Origin: an uncultured delta proteobacterium
GTDB taxonomy: Bacteria > Myxococcota_A > UBA9160 > SMWR01
DNA: 64,000 bases
Direction: 5' to 3'
Assembly (NCBI GenBank): GCA_963832165.1
Contig: CAWHTE010000007.1
Coordinates: forward strand, 896,001 to 960,000
In this document: piece after piece, positions 40,793 through 51,312 of the stretch
Numbering within the stretch: the stretch's first letter is position 1
How the letters are laid out: each line of letters begins with the position of its first letter
Translations under genes and position numbers: made by a program
Notes under the pieces: generated by a model
The model's database searches: none
Told to the model about the DNA's origin: nothing
The model's input: only the letters and a program-made list of their open reading frames with translations

Positions 40793-41965
40793 GTGTTCGA
40801 CCCGTTCGCACCGATGCCTGCCGGCGAGCGCTATGCAGCACTCGCAGAGCTGCGCGGTCGGACGCCGCTCGTGCGCCTCGCAGCTGGCCCGTGGCTCGCC
40901 ACCGACATGGCGTCCGTGCTCGCGGGTCTGAAGGCGGTCGACCACTTCGCGGGCAGCTTCGGGGCCACGGGCGCGGGTCCCGAGGACGATCAGGTGATGG
41001 CCGCCATTCCGGAGCCGCGCCACGGCAAGATCCGCAAGGTGTTCAACAGCGCGCTTGCCTATCACCACGCTTCGCAGATGGAGCCGTTCGCACGCGAGCT
41101 CGCGACGCAGCGGCTCGACGCGGCCTGTGCCGCGAGCCGGCGCGACGGCGAGGTCGAGGTGGTAGAGCACTGGCTCGCGCCCGTCCCCTCGGCGGTAATC
41201 GCGCGCGTGCTCGGCGTACCGGACGCGGACCACGCGCGCTTCGCGCGCTGGTCCGACGAGCTGCTCGACCGCCAGGGCCAGAGCGACGTCGAGCACACGG
41301 GGATGGCCGGCGCCCATCCCGAGTTCGCCGCGTACGTGGACGGGCTGATCGCGGAGCGTCTCTCGGCGGCGACGCCGCCCGACGACGTGATCTCGCGCCT
41401 GCTCTTCACGGAGATCGAGGGGGAGCGCCTGTCGGCGCGCATGGTGCGCACGCAGACGATGTTCCTGATCGTCGCCGGGAACGAGACCACGCGGAACCTG
41501 ATGGGCAACTGCGTGTATCGGATCGCGTGTGATCCCGCGCTGCAGGAATCGCTGCGCTCCGATCCGGCGCTCGTGCCCGCGGTGATCGAGGAGACGCTGC
41601 GCCTCGACGCGCCCGTGCAGCTGCTCGGACGCAGTTGCACGAAGGCACTCGAGCTCGATGGTGTGCCCGTCGATGCGGGCGAGCGCGTGCTGTTCCATCT
41701 CGCCTCGGCGAACCGCGACGAGGCCTGTTTCGAGGAGCCCGACGTATTCCGGCTCGCGCGACGCAACGCGCGCGATCACGTCGCGTTCGGCGCGGGCGCA
41801 CACGTGTGCCCGGGCGCGTTTCTCGCACGCATGGAGACGCGCGTCGTGCTCGAGACACTGCTAGCGCGCACCGAGAAGATCGCGCTCGCGCCGGGCTACG
41901 TGTGGGACCCGAACCCGGTGTTCTGGGCGCTCGGTCCGCGCACGCTGAAGGTCACACTGTCCTGA
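40793..41965 (+). CDS. Cytochrome P450
   Basis: RBS GGAGGA; IVAGNETT, EETLR, ASANRDE, FGAGAHVCPG. Confidence 0.9.
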   Translation: MFDPFAPMPAGERYAALAELRGRTPLVRLAAGPWLATDMASVLAGLKAVDHFAGSFGATGAGPEDDQVMAAIPEPRHGKIRKVFNSALAYHHASQMEPFARELATQRLDAACAASRRDGEVEVVEHWLAPVPSAVIARVLGVPDADHARFARWSDELLDRQGQSDVEHTGMAGAHPEFAAYVDGLIAERLSAATPPDDVISRLLFTEIEGERLSARMVRTQTMFLIVAGNETTRNLMGNCVYRIACDPALQESLRSDPALVPAVIEETLRLDAPVQLLGRSCTKALELDGVPVDAGERVLFHLASANRDEACFEEPDVFRLARRNARDHVAFGAGAHVCPGAFLARMETRVVLETLLARTEKIALAPGYVWDPNPVFWALGPRTLKVTLS

Positions 41966-41980
41966 CGGGAGGGATGCGCC

Positions 41981-43150
41981 GTGAAGCTCGACCTGCTCTA
42001 CGAAGTCGACGCGCCGAAGCCGTGGGGGAAGCCACATCCGTGGGGCCAGCGCGAGCGCGAGCGGCGCGCCTACTACGATGCGATCGAGCAGATCCGGCTC
42101 GCGGATCGGCTCGGCTTCAACACGATCTGGGCCGTCGAGCACCACTTCCGCGAGGGGCGCTCGCATTGTCCCGCGCCCGAGGTGCTGCTCGGCGCGCTCT
42201 CGCAGATCACCGAGCGCATCCGGCTCGGCTTCGGCGTGACGCTCACGCCCTTCGGCTTCACGCACCCGGCCCGGATCGCGGAGAAGGTCGCGACGCTCGA
42301 CATCCTCTCGCGCGGCCGCGCCGAGTGGGGCACCGGGCGCTCGACGCCGATGGAGCAGACCGCCTTTCACGTCGACCGCGAGAAATCGCGCGAGCAGTGG
42401 AAGGAGGCGATCCAGATCGTGTGCGGAATGTGGCGCGAGGAGCGCTTCTCGTGGAACTCGGACACGTTCCAGTTCCCCGAGCGCGTGGTCACGCCGAAGC
42501 CCTATCAGGATCCGCATCCGCCGTGCTGGATGGCGGCGACGAGCGACGGCTCTTGCGAGGTGGCCGGCGAGAACGCGCTCGGCATGCTCTCGTTCGCGAT
42601 CATGCAGCCGCTCGAGCGCATGGCGCAGCAGATCGCGGCCTATCGCCACGCGCAGGAGCGCGCGGTGCCGCTCACCGACGTCGCCACCAACAAGGTGGCT
42701 GCGTACACGCTCGTGCACTGCGCGGACACGATGGCGCAGGCCGAGGCGAACGAGATCTGGAGGAGCGTCGCGTGGTGGTACCAGCACCTCGCGCAGTTCA
42801 CGCTCGACTGGGAGCTCGTGCACCTGTCGAAAGCAGAGCAGGATGCGACCTTTCCGCTCATGAAGCCGCTGCTCGAGGGCAACGTCCCGATCCAGCACTT
42901 CCACGATGCGGACATGATCGTCGTGGGCGACGCCGAGCGCTGCCTCCAGAAGATGAAGCACTACGCCGATCTCGGCGTCGACCAGTTGATCTGTTACGTG
43001 CAGTTCGGATACCACTCGCACGAGTCGGTGATGCGCACGATCGAGATCCTCGGCAAGGAAGTGCTGCCGGAGATCGAGAAGTACCGGCCCGCGCCTCCGA
43101 AGAGCGCGGCGGTATCCGGGACCGAGCGACTTGCGAAGTTCGTCGACTGA
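41981..43150 (+). CDS. LLM class flavin-dependent oxidoreductase
   Basis: LGFNTIWAVEHHF, AEKVATLDILSRGR, PKPYQDPHPP. Confidence 0.9.
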   Translation: MKLDLLYEVDAPKPWGKPHPWGQRERERRAYYDAIEQIRLADRLGFNTIWAVEHHFREGRSHCPAPEVLLGALSQITERIRLGFGVTLTPFGFTHPARIAEKVATLDILSRGRAEWGTGRSTPMEQTAFHVDREKSREQWKEAIQIVCGMWREERFSWNSDTFQFPERVVTPKPYQDPHPPCWMAATSDGSCEVAGENALGMLSFAIMQPLERMAQQIAAYRHAQERAVPLTDVATNKVAAYTLVHCADTMAQAEANEIWRSVAWWYQHLAQFTLDWELVHLSKAEQDATFPLMKPLLEGNVPIQHFHDADMIVVGDAERCLQKMKHYADLGVDQLICYVQFGYHSHESVMRTIEILGKEVLPEIEKYRPAPPKSAAVSGTERLAKFVD

Positions 43151-44165
43151 ACGCGCGCGGCCTTCGGAGGTCGAGCCCTACCTGCGCGGCTGTGCGTGGC
43201 CGGCCGCGGAGTGGGCGGCCTACCCGCGCTGCGATCCGGGGCCGGCCGGAGCGCGGCTGCCCGCCGACACGCGCGCGCAGGCGGCGCTGCCCGTGGGCGT
43301 GCGTCTCGAGTTCACGGGGGAAGTGGAGGCGGTGGAGCTCGACTACGAGACGGCGACCGCCGAGCTCGGGCCGCGCGGAGACGGCGCGGGCACGACGTTC
43401 GCGCTCTATCGCGGTGAGCGGCTCGTGAGCGAGGTGCCCGCGGTGCTCGGCAAGGGCACGGTGCGCCTCGCCGCGGGCGCGGGACCCACGCGCGGCATCG
43501 TCTATCTGCCCGAGGCCATGCGCCCGGTCGTCCTGGGATTCCGCGCGATCGGCGGCGCGCTTGCGCCCGCTCCGCCGCAACGGCGCTGGCTCTGTTATGG
43601 CGATTCGATCGCGGAAGGCTGGCGCGCCGCGGGGCCCGCGGGCGCGTGGCCCGCGCGCGCAGGGCGCGCCTGTGAGCTCGATGTGGTCAACCTGGGCTAT
43701 GCGGGAGGCGCTCGCGGCGAGCTCGCGTCCGCGGAGGAGCTCGCGCAGCTCTCGGCGGACGTGATCAGCATCGCGCACGGCACGAACTGCTGGACGCGAA
43801 CGCCTCACGACGTCGACTTGTTTCGCGCCGGGCTCGCGAGCTTTCTCGCGATCGTGCGGCAGCAGCATCCCGCGCTGCCGATCGTCGCGGTCAGCCCAGT
43901 CCTGCGCGTGGACGCGGAGGAGACCTGCAATCGGCTCGGCACGACGCTCGCCGATCTGCGCGGCGCGTTCGAGGACGTGGTGCACGAGCGGATCCGCGAT
44001 GGCGATGCGCGGCTCTCGCTCGTGCCGGGTCTGCCGCTCTTGCCCGCAGAGCGCTTCGCCGATGGCATTCACCCCGACGACGAAGGCCATGCGCGGCTCG
44101 CGGCTGCGCTCGGCCCGCTGATCCGCGCCGCGTGCGACCGCGCGGCGCTCGAGGACGACCGGTGA
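43131..44165 (+). CDS. SGNH/GDSL hydrolase family protein
   Basis: YGDSIAEG, NLGYAG, HGTNCW, DGIHP. Start uncertain. Confidence 0.82.
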   Translation: MRSSSTERARPSEVEPYLRGCAWPAAEWAAYPRCDPGPAGARLPADTRAQAALPVGVRLEFTGEVEAVELDYETATAELGPRGDGAGTTFALYRGERLVSEVPAVLGKGTVRLAAGAGPTRGIVYLPEAMRPVVLGFRAIGGALAPAPPQRRWLCYGDSIAEGWRAAGPAGAWPARAGRACELDVVNLGYAGGARGELASAEELAQLSADVISIAHGTNCWTRTPHDVDLFRAGLASFLAIVRQQHPALPIVAVSPVLRVDAEETCNRLGTTLADLRGAFEDVVHERIRDGDARLSLVPGLPLLPAERFADGIHPDDEGHARLAAALGPLIRAACDRAALEDDR

Positions 44166-44965
44166 GTGATTTCTTCGACGTGTTCCGCCTCGACGGCCGC
44201 GTAGCCGCCGTCACGGGCGCGGCCAGCGGCATCGGGCGCGCGGTCGCAGAGGTACTCTCGGCCGCGGGCGCGCGCGTGATGCTGGGCGACCTCGACACCG
44301 CGGGTGCGCAGTCGGCCGCGCGCGAGATCGAGGCGCGCGGCGGCACGGCGATCGCGCAGCGCGTCGACGTGTCCGTGCGCGCGGATCACGAAGCGCTCGT
44401 CGCGCGCGCTCTCGCGGAGTGGGGCCGCCTCGACGTGATGGTGAACGTCGCGGGCGTGCCGAGCGACGGCCCGCTCGCGGACGTGGATGAGGCGGAGATC
44501 GATCGCGTGATCGCGATCAACTTGAAGGGGACGCTGTTCGGGTGTCAGGCGGCCGTGCGCGCGATGGCGCAGCGCGGCGGCGGCAGCATCGTGAACGTCG
44601 CCTCGGGCGCCATCGATCTCGCCGTGCCGAACTACGGGCTCTACGCGCTCACGAAGTCCGCGATCGCGATGATGAGCCAGACGCTGGCCACCGAGGTCGG
44701 CCGCCACGGCATTCGCGTGAACGTGATCGCACCCGGCGCGACGCTCACGAATTTCACGCAGCGCCACCTGCGCGACGCCGAGGGCAACGTCGACCCCGCG
44801 CGCCTCGACGTGTTCCTGGCTGCGATGCGCGAGCGTTCGCCGCTCGGGCTCGTGGGCGAGCCGATCGACCAAGCCTGGCTCGTGCTCTATCTCGCGTCCG
44901 ATGCTTCGCGCTTCTGCACGGGTCAGATCTGGCGCGCGAACGGCGGCCAGACGATTCCGCGCTGA
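44162..44965 (+). CDS. Short-chain dehydrogenase/reductase
   Basis: VTGAASGIG, VNVAG, YALTKSA, GIRVNVIAPG. Confidence 0.9.
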   Translation: MSDFFDVFRLDGRVAAVTGAASGIGRAVAEVLSAAGARVMLGDLDTAGAQSAAREIEARGGTAIAQRVDVSVRADHEALVARALAEWGRLDVMVNVAGVPSDGPLADVDEAEIDRVIAINLKGTLFGCQAAVRAMAQRGGGSIVNVASGAIDLAVPNYGLYALTKSAIAMMSQTLATEVGRHGIRVNVIAPGATLTNFTQRHLRDAEGNVDPARLDVFLAAMRERSPLGLVGEPIDQAWLVLYLASDASRFCTGQIWRANGGQTIPR

Positions 44966-44981
44966 GATCGCCTGGCGGCAT

Positions 44982-45749
44982 TCACTCCGGCTTTGCGCTC
45001 TCGTACAGGTCTTCGAGCCGCGGCGACATCCAGCCGTTCGGCGGTGTGAACCCGGGGGCGAGCGCATGCACGCGCGCGAAGGACTCGACTGCGCGATCCG
45101 TCTCTCCGATCGCGGCCAGTGCGCTTCCCGTGACGAACGCAGTGCGCGCGGAGAGCGAGCGCGCCGCCGCGGAACCCTTTACGCTCGCGAGGGTCTCCTC
45201 GGCATCGCGTGCGCTCTCGAGTGCGGACTCGAAGCGCGCTGCGCGGTACTCCTCGAACGCGTGGTCGACGAGCTCTTCGGCTCGCTCGATCTGGGGATCG
45301 GGCGCGTCCGTTGGAGCCGTGGGCGGAGGGGCACGGGGCGGCGTCTTGGCTGCGACCGCCTTCGGCTTGGTCTTCTCCGCAGGCAACACGGCCTGGGGTG
45401 GAAGGATCAGCCGCTGCCCGACTTCGATCCGATCCGAAGTGCGCATTCGATTGAACCAGGCGATTGTAGAAACAGGCACGCTATAGCGCCGCGCCACGTT
45501 CTCAAGCGACTCTCCTTCGTGTACGCGGTGAACGATCAGTGCGCGATTGGGGATCCGGAGGATCTGGCCGGCCGCAATGCTCTTGGGGTCGCGAATTCGG
45601 TTCTCGCGCGCGAGTCGATCGACGCTCACGCCATAGCCCTGTGCGATCCAAGCCAAAGTATCGCCGGCTCTCACGCGGTGGTACGCTGGCTGGCGCCGGG
45701 CGGCGATCGTTTCACATGCGCACAGCAGCGCGGCGATCGCTGCGATCAC
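44982..45749 (-). CDS. Lipoprotein with two LysM domains and a C-terminal TPR-like helical region
   Basis: LLCAC lipobox-like; YHRVRAGDTLAWIAQGYGVS..N.I..P..I..GQIL.IP and HRVHEGESLENVARRYSV..IEVGQRLILP. Start uncertain. Confidence 0.75.
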   Translation of the reverse strand: MIAAIAALLCACETIAARRQPAYHRVRAGDTLAWIAQGYGVSVDRLARENRIRDPKSIAAGQILRIPNRALIVHRVHEGESLENVARRYSVPVSTIAWFNRMRTSDRIEVGQRLILPPQAVLPAEKTKPKAVAAKTPPRAPPPTAPTDAPDPQIERAEELVDHAFEEYRAARFESALESARDAEETLASVKGSAAARSLSARTAFVTGSALAAIGETDRAVESFARVHALAPGFTPPNGWMSPRLEDLYESAKPE

Positions 45750-45792
45750 CGCAACGCCGCGCCGGGTATCGATTTTGCGTGAGGATCGCGCG

Positions 45793-47310
45793 ATGACGAA
45801 CGCCGCCCCTGCCCGAGGACGAGCAGGCGCGATCCATCTCGACGTGAGGGCGCTCGTCGCGGCGTGGACGGGCGATCGACCCAGCCCAGAGTTCTGGATC
45901 GAGACGGACGCGATCCAGAGCGCGCGGCGCGAGATCGAGAAGGCGCTCGGCAGCCGGCCCGATCCGATCCTGATCACGGGCCCGAGCGGCCGCGGAAAGT
46001 CGCACCTCTTGCGTTCGCTCTGGTATCGCCCGCTGAGCGGATATGCACCCACGGTGGTGCCGTCCTCGACCGCCGAGCCCGATCGGATCGCAGCCCAGAT
46101 CCTCTCGGCGACGCGCGCGGGCCAGGTCCACGACGCCGACGCCGCGCTGACGCGTCTCTTTTCAGCAAAAGCGCTGCGCGGTGACGTCCCGGTTCTGCTC
46201 ATCGACGACCTGCACTCGATGCCCCACGCCAGCCTATCGCACTTGCTCTCGATCGCTGATGCTTCTCGCGTCGAGGTGAGGGTGATCGCTGCGGGATTGG
46301 AGGGACCCGCGCTGGAGGCGGTGGTTCCGATCCTTCCGGGGCGGATCCTCAGGGTCGAGATCGCCGATTCCTGGACCCGCGCCGACGCAGAGCGCCTGAT
46401 CACGCGCATCGCCGAGGCGATCAAGGCCGAGCCGGAGAAGCTGCTCGCGCAGATCGATATCGACGAGGTGATTCGCGCTTGCGATGGCAATCCCCGCCTC
46501 GTGCGCGCCGCGCTCGCGCAGCAGCTCGACGCGCTGGGCCTGGACCGCCTGAAGGCCGAGCAGGTGTCGGCTCCGGCAACGGCGCCCGAGGTTCCTGCGA
46601 GTTCCGAGCGCGTCGATTCTGCGGCAGTGCCTCCGATCGCGTCATGGAGCTCGGCCCGGGTTCCGCTTTCGGAGCGCATGGCGCCCCTCCGCGCGGGGCT
46701 CGCGCAGCCGACCAAGTCAGGGGTGCGGCTGCTCGCGCGACTGTTCGCGTCGCGTCCCGATGTGCGGCTGCGCGGGTCGTCCAAACACGCGCGACAGATC
46801 ACCTTCGCAGGGATCGCCGCCTGCATCGCGATCGCATGGCTGTTCGATCGCGGCTTCGCGATCGCCGCATGGTCGGCGGGCACCGCGTCCGCCTATCGCG
46901 CGGACGTTCTGCGACGAGCCGATGCGTCTGCGCCGCCCGAGTCCGCGGCGGTGCAAGAGCCCGTGATGGAGAGTGCCGAGGTCGATGTCGAGGCCGCGCC
47001 GGTGGAGACCGCGCCGGTGGAGCCCGCCGAGCCGCCGATCCGAGTGGCCGTGAACTCCGACCCGTGGGCGGAGGTGCAGGTGGATGGAATCGTCGCGGGC
47101 ACCACGCCGTTCACGCTCGAACTCACCCCGGGTCTGCACCGCTTCCGCGCCGTGATGGCGGATGGACGCGTGGTCGAGCAGGACCACGAGATCGCGCCGG
47201 GCCGAGATCGCGTGGTATTCCGTCAGGACGTCGCGGAGAAGAGCGACAAGAGCGCGCGGACGCCCTCTGCGAAATCCGGCTCGGGCACGAGCAGGGACAC
47301 GACGAGGTAG
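45793..47310 (+). CDS. ExeA/GspA-like AAA ATPase with TM segment and C-terminal PEGA domain
   Basis: ITGPSGRGKS, LLIDDLH, CDGNPRLV; TM ITFAGIAACIAIAWLF; VNSDPWAEVQVDG..GTTP..LTPGLH. Confidence 0.7.
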   Translation: MTNAAPARGRAGAIHLDVRALVAAWTGDRPSPEFWIETDAIQSARREIEKALGSRPDPILITGPSGRGKSHLLRSLWYRPLSGYAPTVVPSSTAEPDRIAAQILSATRAGQVHDADAALTRLFSAKALRGDVPVLLIDDLHSMPHASLSHLLSIADASRVEVRVIAAGLEGPALEAVVPILPGRILRVEIADSWTRADAERLITRIAEAIKAEPEKLLAQIDIDEVIRACDGNPRLVRAALAQQLDALGLDRLKAEQVSAPATAPEVPASSERVDSAAVPPIASWSSARVPLSERMAPLRAGLAQPTKSGVRLLARLFASRPDVRLRGSSKHARQITFAGIAACIAIAWLFDRGFAIAAWSAGTASAYRADVLRRADASAPPESAAVQEPVMESAEVDVEAAPVETAPVEPAEPPIRVAVNSDPWAEVQVDGIVAGTTPFTLELTPGLHRFRAVMADGRVVEQDHEIAPGRDRVVFRQDVAEKSDKSARTPSAKSGSGTSRDTTR

Positions 47311-48383
47311 GGACCGCGCTCGAAGTCGTAGAGCCAGCCCGGCTGCACGAGCACGCCGTGCTCCTCGAGCAGCGAGAGAGCCCATTCGTCGTCGGAGCGC
47401 GTCGCGGGCAGGCGCAGTACGCCGTACCAGCCGCCCTCGGCGTGCAGGAGCGTCGCGGGACTGCCCTCGAGCGCGCGGGCGAGCACCCCCCGGTTGTGCC
47501 CGAGGCGCGCTCCGATCGCAGCGCGCGTCTCGCGTGCGTGCGCGAAGATCTGCGGCAGCGCGAGCTGGACCGGGGTGGCCAGCGACAGGTACGCGTCGGC
47601 GAGGATCTCGAGGCGCGCGAGCGCTTCGGGCGCCTCGCGGCCTCCGGCGATCATCCACGCGAGCTTGAGCTGCGGCAGCGCTGCGTACTTCGAGAGTCCG
47701 CCGAGCGCGAGCACGAGCGGCGCGTCGCCCGCTGCGTCCAGCAGCGACGGCGTCCGCTCCGGATCGCTCGCGAACGCGTATGCCCCGAAGACCTCGTCGC
47801 TCACGATCGGAAGCCCGAGCGCGCCGAGCGCGCACATCTCCTCGTGCGACACGAACGAGCCCGTCGGGTTGTTCGGGTTCACGCACACGATCGCGCGCAC
47901 GCGCGGCTCGCGCGCTCGAACGCGCAGATCGGCGAGGTCGATGTGCCAGGCGCCGTCGTAGGCGAGGCGATACGCGCACAGCTCTACGCCGTCGGCACGC
48001 GCGAGGTGTTCGAGCAGCGGATAGCTCGGGCGCGGCACGAGCACGCGGTCACCCGGATCGCAGAGCAGCCGGAATGCGAGCGAGTAGGCCTCGCTCGTGC
48101 TGCACAAGAGCGCGATGCGATCCCAGCTCGTGGGCGCACCTCCGCGTGCGAGCTCCTCGGCGACCGCGAGCCGCGCCTCGGGGTGGCCGAGCGGGTGCGG
48201 CTCATAGCGGGCTCCGCGCGGGTCCGCGAGCACCGCGAGCAGTGCAGCCGGTGTGGGGAAGCCCGCGGCCGTGGGGTTGCTCTCGGTGAGATCGACGATG
48301 CGCGCGCCGCGCTCGCGTGCGGCGGCGAGGGCGCGCGCGAGCGCGTTGGGCTCGCGTTCGAACGCGGAGCGATCCGAGAACAC
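47223..48383 (-). CDS. PLP-dependent aminotransferase class I/II
   Basis: DLTESNPT, VNPNNPTG, VSDEVF, LGGLSKYAALPQLKLAW. Confidence 0.88.
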   Translation of the reverse strand: MFSDRSAFEREPNALARALAAARERGARIVDLTESNPTAAGFPTPAALLAVLADPRGARYEPHPLGHPEARLAVAEELARGGAPTSWDRIALLCSTSEAYSLAFRLLCDPGDRVLVPRPSYPLLEHLARADGVELCAYRLAYDGAWHIDLADLRVRAREPRVRAIVCVNPNNPTGSFVSHEEMCALGALGLPIVSDEVFGAYAFASDPERTPSLLDAAGDAPLVLALGGLSKYAALPQLKLAWMIAGGREAPEALARLEILADAYLSLATPVQLALPQIFAHARETRAAIGARLGHNRGVLARALEGSPATLLHAEGGWYGVLRLPATRSDDEWALSLLEEHGVLVQPGWLYDFERGPYLVVSLLVPEPDFAEGVRALLSLFSATS

Positions 48384-48471
48384 GCGCGCAGTGTACTTCC
48401 AGATGCCGGGCCATCGCGCGGCTCTCGCGCGATCGTTCGGTAGGCTGTGGCCGCGACGGAGGTGAAACTAC

Positions 48472-49447
48472 ATGTGGCGCGCCCTGGCTGCGCAGGGAAA
48501 CGGGGAGCCGAGTCGGATCGAGACCGCCGAGCAGCTCCGCGCGGCACTCGCCGCGGACAAGGGGGGCGTCTGGATCGACTTCTTCGAAGCCACTCCCGAA
48601 GAGGTGAAGCTGCTCGCCGAGACGTTCCAACTCGACCCGCTCACCGTCGAGGACTGCGTCAACGACCTTCACCATCCCAAGATCGACGACTTCGGGAGCT
48701 ACCTCTACCTCGTGGTGCACGGCGTGCGCGCGGGATCGCGGCGCGGCGAGATGAAGACCGTCGAGCTCGACGTGGTGATCAAGAGGAACGCGCTCGTCAC
48801 GTTCCGCCACTCGGAGATGCGCAGCGTCTCGGACACCTGGCACCGCGCGGAATCGCGGCCGGGCTACCTCGCGCACGGGCCCGTGTTCCTGCTCCAGGCG
48901 ATCCTCGCTTCGCAGGCCGACCACTACATCGACGAGGTCGAGACGCTCCAGGAGGAGATCCACAAGCTCGAAGCGAACGTGTTCGCCGACCGCCAGCCGG
49001 TGGGCTTCGAGCGCCAGGTGTTCTCGGTGAAGCGCGACATCGCGCACCTGCGGCAGATCCTCGGCGCGCAGCGCGAGCTCGTGCACCGGATCGGCCGCGG
49101 CGATTTCAGCGAGGTGCCCGAAGCGGATGTGCATGGTCTTCCGCGACGTCTACGACCACCTCTACCGCGCCACCGAAATGCTCGACACGCTGCGCGACCT
49201 CTCGATGGCGCTGCTCGAGACCCACCTCGCGATCGTCGCGAACCGCACCAACCTCGTGATGCGCGTACTGACCACGGTGGCGACGTTCATCCTGCCGCTC
49301 ACGCTCGTGACGGGCTGGTTCGGGATGAACTTCCGCGGGCTCTCGCTCCTCGGGATCGAGAACCCCGACCTGTTCGTTCTGGGGCTGTTCGCGGTCGTGA
49401 CCCTCGTGATGGTGCTCGTGCTGCGCCGAGGGGGCTGGCTCCAGTAG
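48472..49447 (+). CDS. corA: Magnesium/cobalt transporter CorA (frameshift near 49125)
   Basis: PLTVEDC..HPKIDDF; second frame FRDVYDHL..MRVLTTVATFILPLTLVTGWFGMNF (GMN motif). Confidence 0.88.
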
Positions 49448-49528
49448 TTCCCCTCGGGGAGCCCGCTGACGAACGCGTTTCCCCGCTCGATCTGGCAGAA
49501 TCGGAGGCGCTGCAATGGAGCCGAACCG

Positions 49529-50665
49529 ATGCTGACTGCTGATCGCGACCCGTTCTCGAACACCGCCGATCCGGCCGCGTACATCCCGCGCACCGCGACG
49601 GAGTTTGCGCTGGTTCAGCTCGAGATGGCGCTGCACGACGGCTGCGGCGTGTTATGTCTCGAAGGGCCGGCGGGATCCGGCAAGACGCTGCTCTTGCACG
49701 TGCTCGAGGAGCGGCTCGCGGGAGATTTCTCCACGCTGCGCGTGCCGTATCCGATGCTCGATCCCGACGAGTTCTGTCGCTGGGCTCTCGACGCGCTAGG
49801 CGGCGACCTATCGGCGCCCGATCCCGGGAGCGCGCTCGCGGTGCGCATCGACCGCCTGGCTTCGTCCGGCAAGCCGCTCATCTGGATGATCGACGACGCC
49901 GACAGCATGCCCGCCTCCACGCTGCGTCGTCTGTTGCAGCTGCAGCGCAGTGCGGGCGATGCGCTGCGCCTGCTGCTCACGCGTTCGGGCGAGCTCGTGA
50001 TCGACGAGCTCGCGCAGGCCGGTGTCGCTCCCGAGATCGTCGAGCTCGAGGGCGAGATGGACCGCTCGGAGATGGCGCAGTACGTGCGCGCGCGCCTCGA
50101 CCGCTCGGGCGCTCCACCCGACGAGCGCGAGCAGATCGAGAGCGCGCTCGATCGTCTCTACGCGCGCTCGCACGGGAATCCCGGCCAGCTGCACGCGGCC
50201 GCGGCGGTGCTGCTCTGCTTCGGCTTCGACCGGCTCTGCGCGCTTCCCGCAGACGGGCCCGCAGAATCGCCCGTTCAGGGCGATGTCGCTGCGGCGGTCC
50301 CGGACGAGCGCGTTTCGATCGAGTCGCTAGTCGCAGAGGCGGTTGCGGCGGAGCAGCCCGCGGAGGAGATCACCGCCGCGCTCGATTTCTCACCGGATCC
50401 CGAGTCCGAGCCCGACCCCCAGCCCGATCCCCAGCCGGCGAGGGCTCCGAAGCGGATCCGCCTGCGCGGCGGCTCGGCCGGCGCTAACCGCCAAAGGAAC
50501 CCCCATTGCCGCGCGCTCGTCTGTTCACGGCGATCTCTGGACTCGTCTTTGTCGCTCTGTTGTTGCCGAGCTGCGTTCGCACCGTCGATTCGGGGCACGG
50601 CGCCGTGCTCTGGACGCTGTTCAGCGGCACACAGGAAGAGGTCTATGGCGAGGGTGTGCACCTGA
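49529..50665 (+). CDS. ExeA/GspA-like AAA ATPase with acidic/Pro-rich tail (true end may be near 50487)
   Basis: DPFSNTADPAAY, LEGPAGSGKT, WMIDDAD, YVRARL, SHGNPG. The ORF overlaps the next gene by 160 bp, suggesting a 3' frameshift. Confidence 0.7.
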   Translation: MLTADRDPFSNTADPAAYIPRTATEFALVQLEMALHDGCGVLCLEGPAGSGKTLLLHVLEERLAGDFSTLRVPYPMLDPDEFCRWALDALGGDLSAPDPGSALAVRIDRLASSGKPLIWMIDDADSMPASTLRRLLQLQRSAGDALRLLLTRSGELVIDELAQAGVAPEIVELEGEMDRSEMAQYVRARLDRSGAPPDEREQIESALDRLYARSHGNPGQLHAAAAVLLCFGFDRLCALPADGPAESPVQGDVAAAVPDERVSIESLVAEAVAAEQPAEEITAALDFSPDPESEPDPQPDPQPARAPKRIRLRGGSAGANRQRNPHCRALVCSRRSLDSSLSLCCCRAAFAPSIRGTAPCSGRCSAAHRKRSMARVCT

Positions 50666-51306
50666 TCGCACCCTGGAACCGCTTCACGCGCTACGACGTG
50701 CGCACCCAGGACCAGAAGGAGATGCTGCACATCCTCTCCAGCAATGGACTCTCGGTGAATATCGAGGCCTCGATCCGCTTCCACCCGCTGCGCGACGAGC
50801 TCGCCCAGCTGCACACGGAGATCGGCCCCGGCTACTACGAGGTGATCATCGCGCCGGTTCTGCGCAGCGAGGCGCGCAAGGTGGGCGGGCGTTATTCGCC
50901 CGAGGAGATCTACGCGAGCAAGCGCGAGGTGGTGGAGCACGAGATCCTCGAGGTCGTGCGAGGGGCGATGATCGGCAAGCACGTCGAGCTCGAGGCGATC
51001 CTGATCCGCGACGTCGATCTGCCCGAGAACATCAAGCGCGCGATCAGCGAGAAGCTCGAAGAGGAGCAGAAGTCGCTCAAGATGCAGTTCACGCTCACCC
51101 GCGAGCGCCAGGAGGCCGAGCGCAAGCGGATCGAGGCGCAGGGGATCGCCGATTTCCAGCGCATCGTCGCCACGGGGATCAGCGACGAGCTGCTGCGCTG
51201 GAAGGGCATCGAGGCCACCGAGAAGATCGCGCAGAGCAGCAACACGAAGGTGGTCGTGATCGGACAGGGCAAGGACGGCCTGCCGCTGATTCTCGGCGGA
51301 AACTGA
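50506..51306 (+). CDS. Prohibitin/SPFH (band 7) family protein
   Basis: LLLPSC, VDSGHGAV, EGVHLIAPW, ILIRDVDLP, EAERKRIEAQGIA, GKDGLPLIL. Confidence 0.88.
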   Translation: MPRARLFTAISGLVFVALLLPSCVRTVDSGHGAVLWTLFSGTQEEVYGEGVHLIAPWNRFTRYDVRTQDQKEMLHILSSNGLSVNIEASIRFHPLRDELAQLHTEIGPGYYEVIIAPVLRSEARKVGGRYSPEEIYASKREVVEHEILEVVRGAMIGKHVELEAILIRDVDLPENIKRAISEKLEEEQKSLKMQFTLTRERQEAERKRIEAQGIADFQRIVATGISDELLRWKGIEATEKIAQSSNTKVVVIGQGKDGLPLILGGN

Positions 51307-51312
51307 CGCGCC

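Noticed and set aside
47223..47310. 88-bp convergent overlap of the ATPase-PEGA and aminotransferase genes (similar 56-bp overlap at 51863-51918)
   Set aside because: The tails are low-information and stops are rare at high GC; an indel could also explain it. No evidence of function.
48472..49447. Programmed frameshifting or pseudogenes in corA, addA and rqcH
   Set aside because: No slippery heptamers noticed, and both halves are well conserved; sequencing indels are the simpler explanation.
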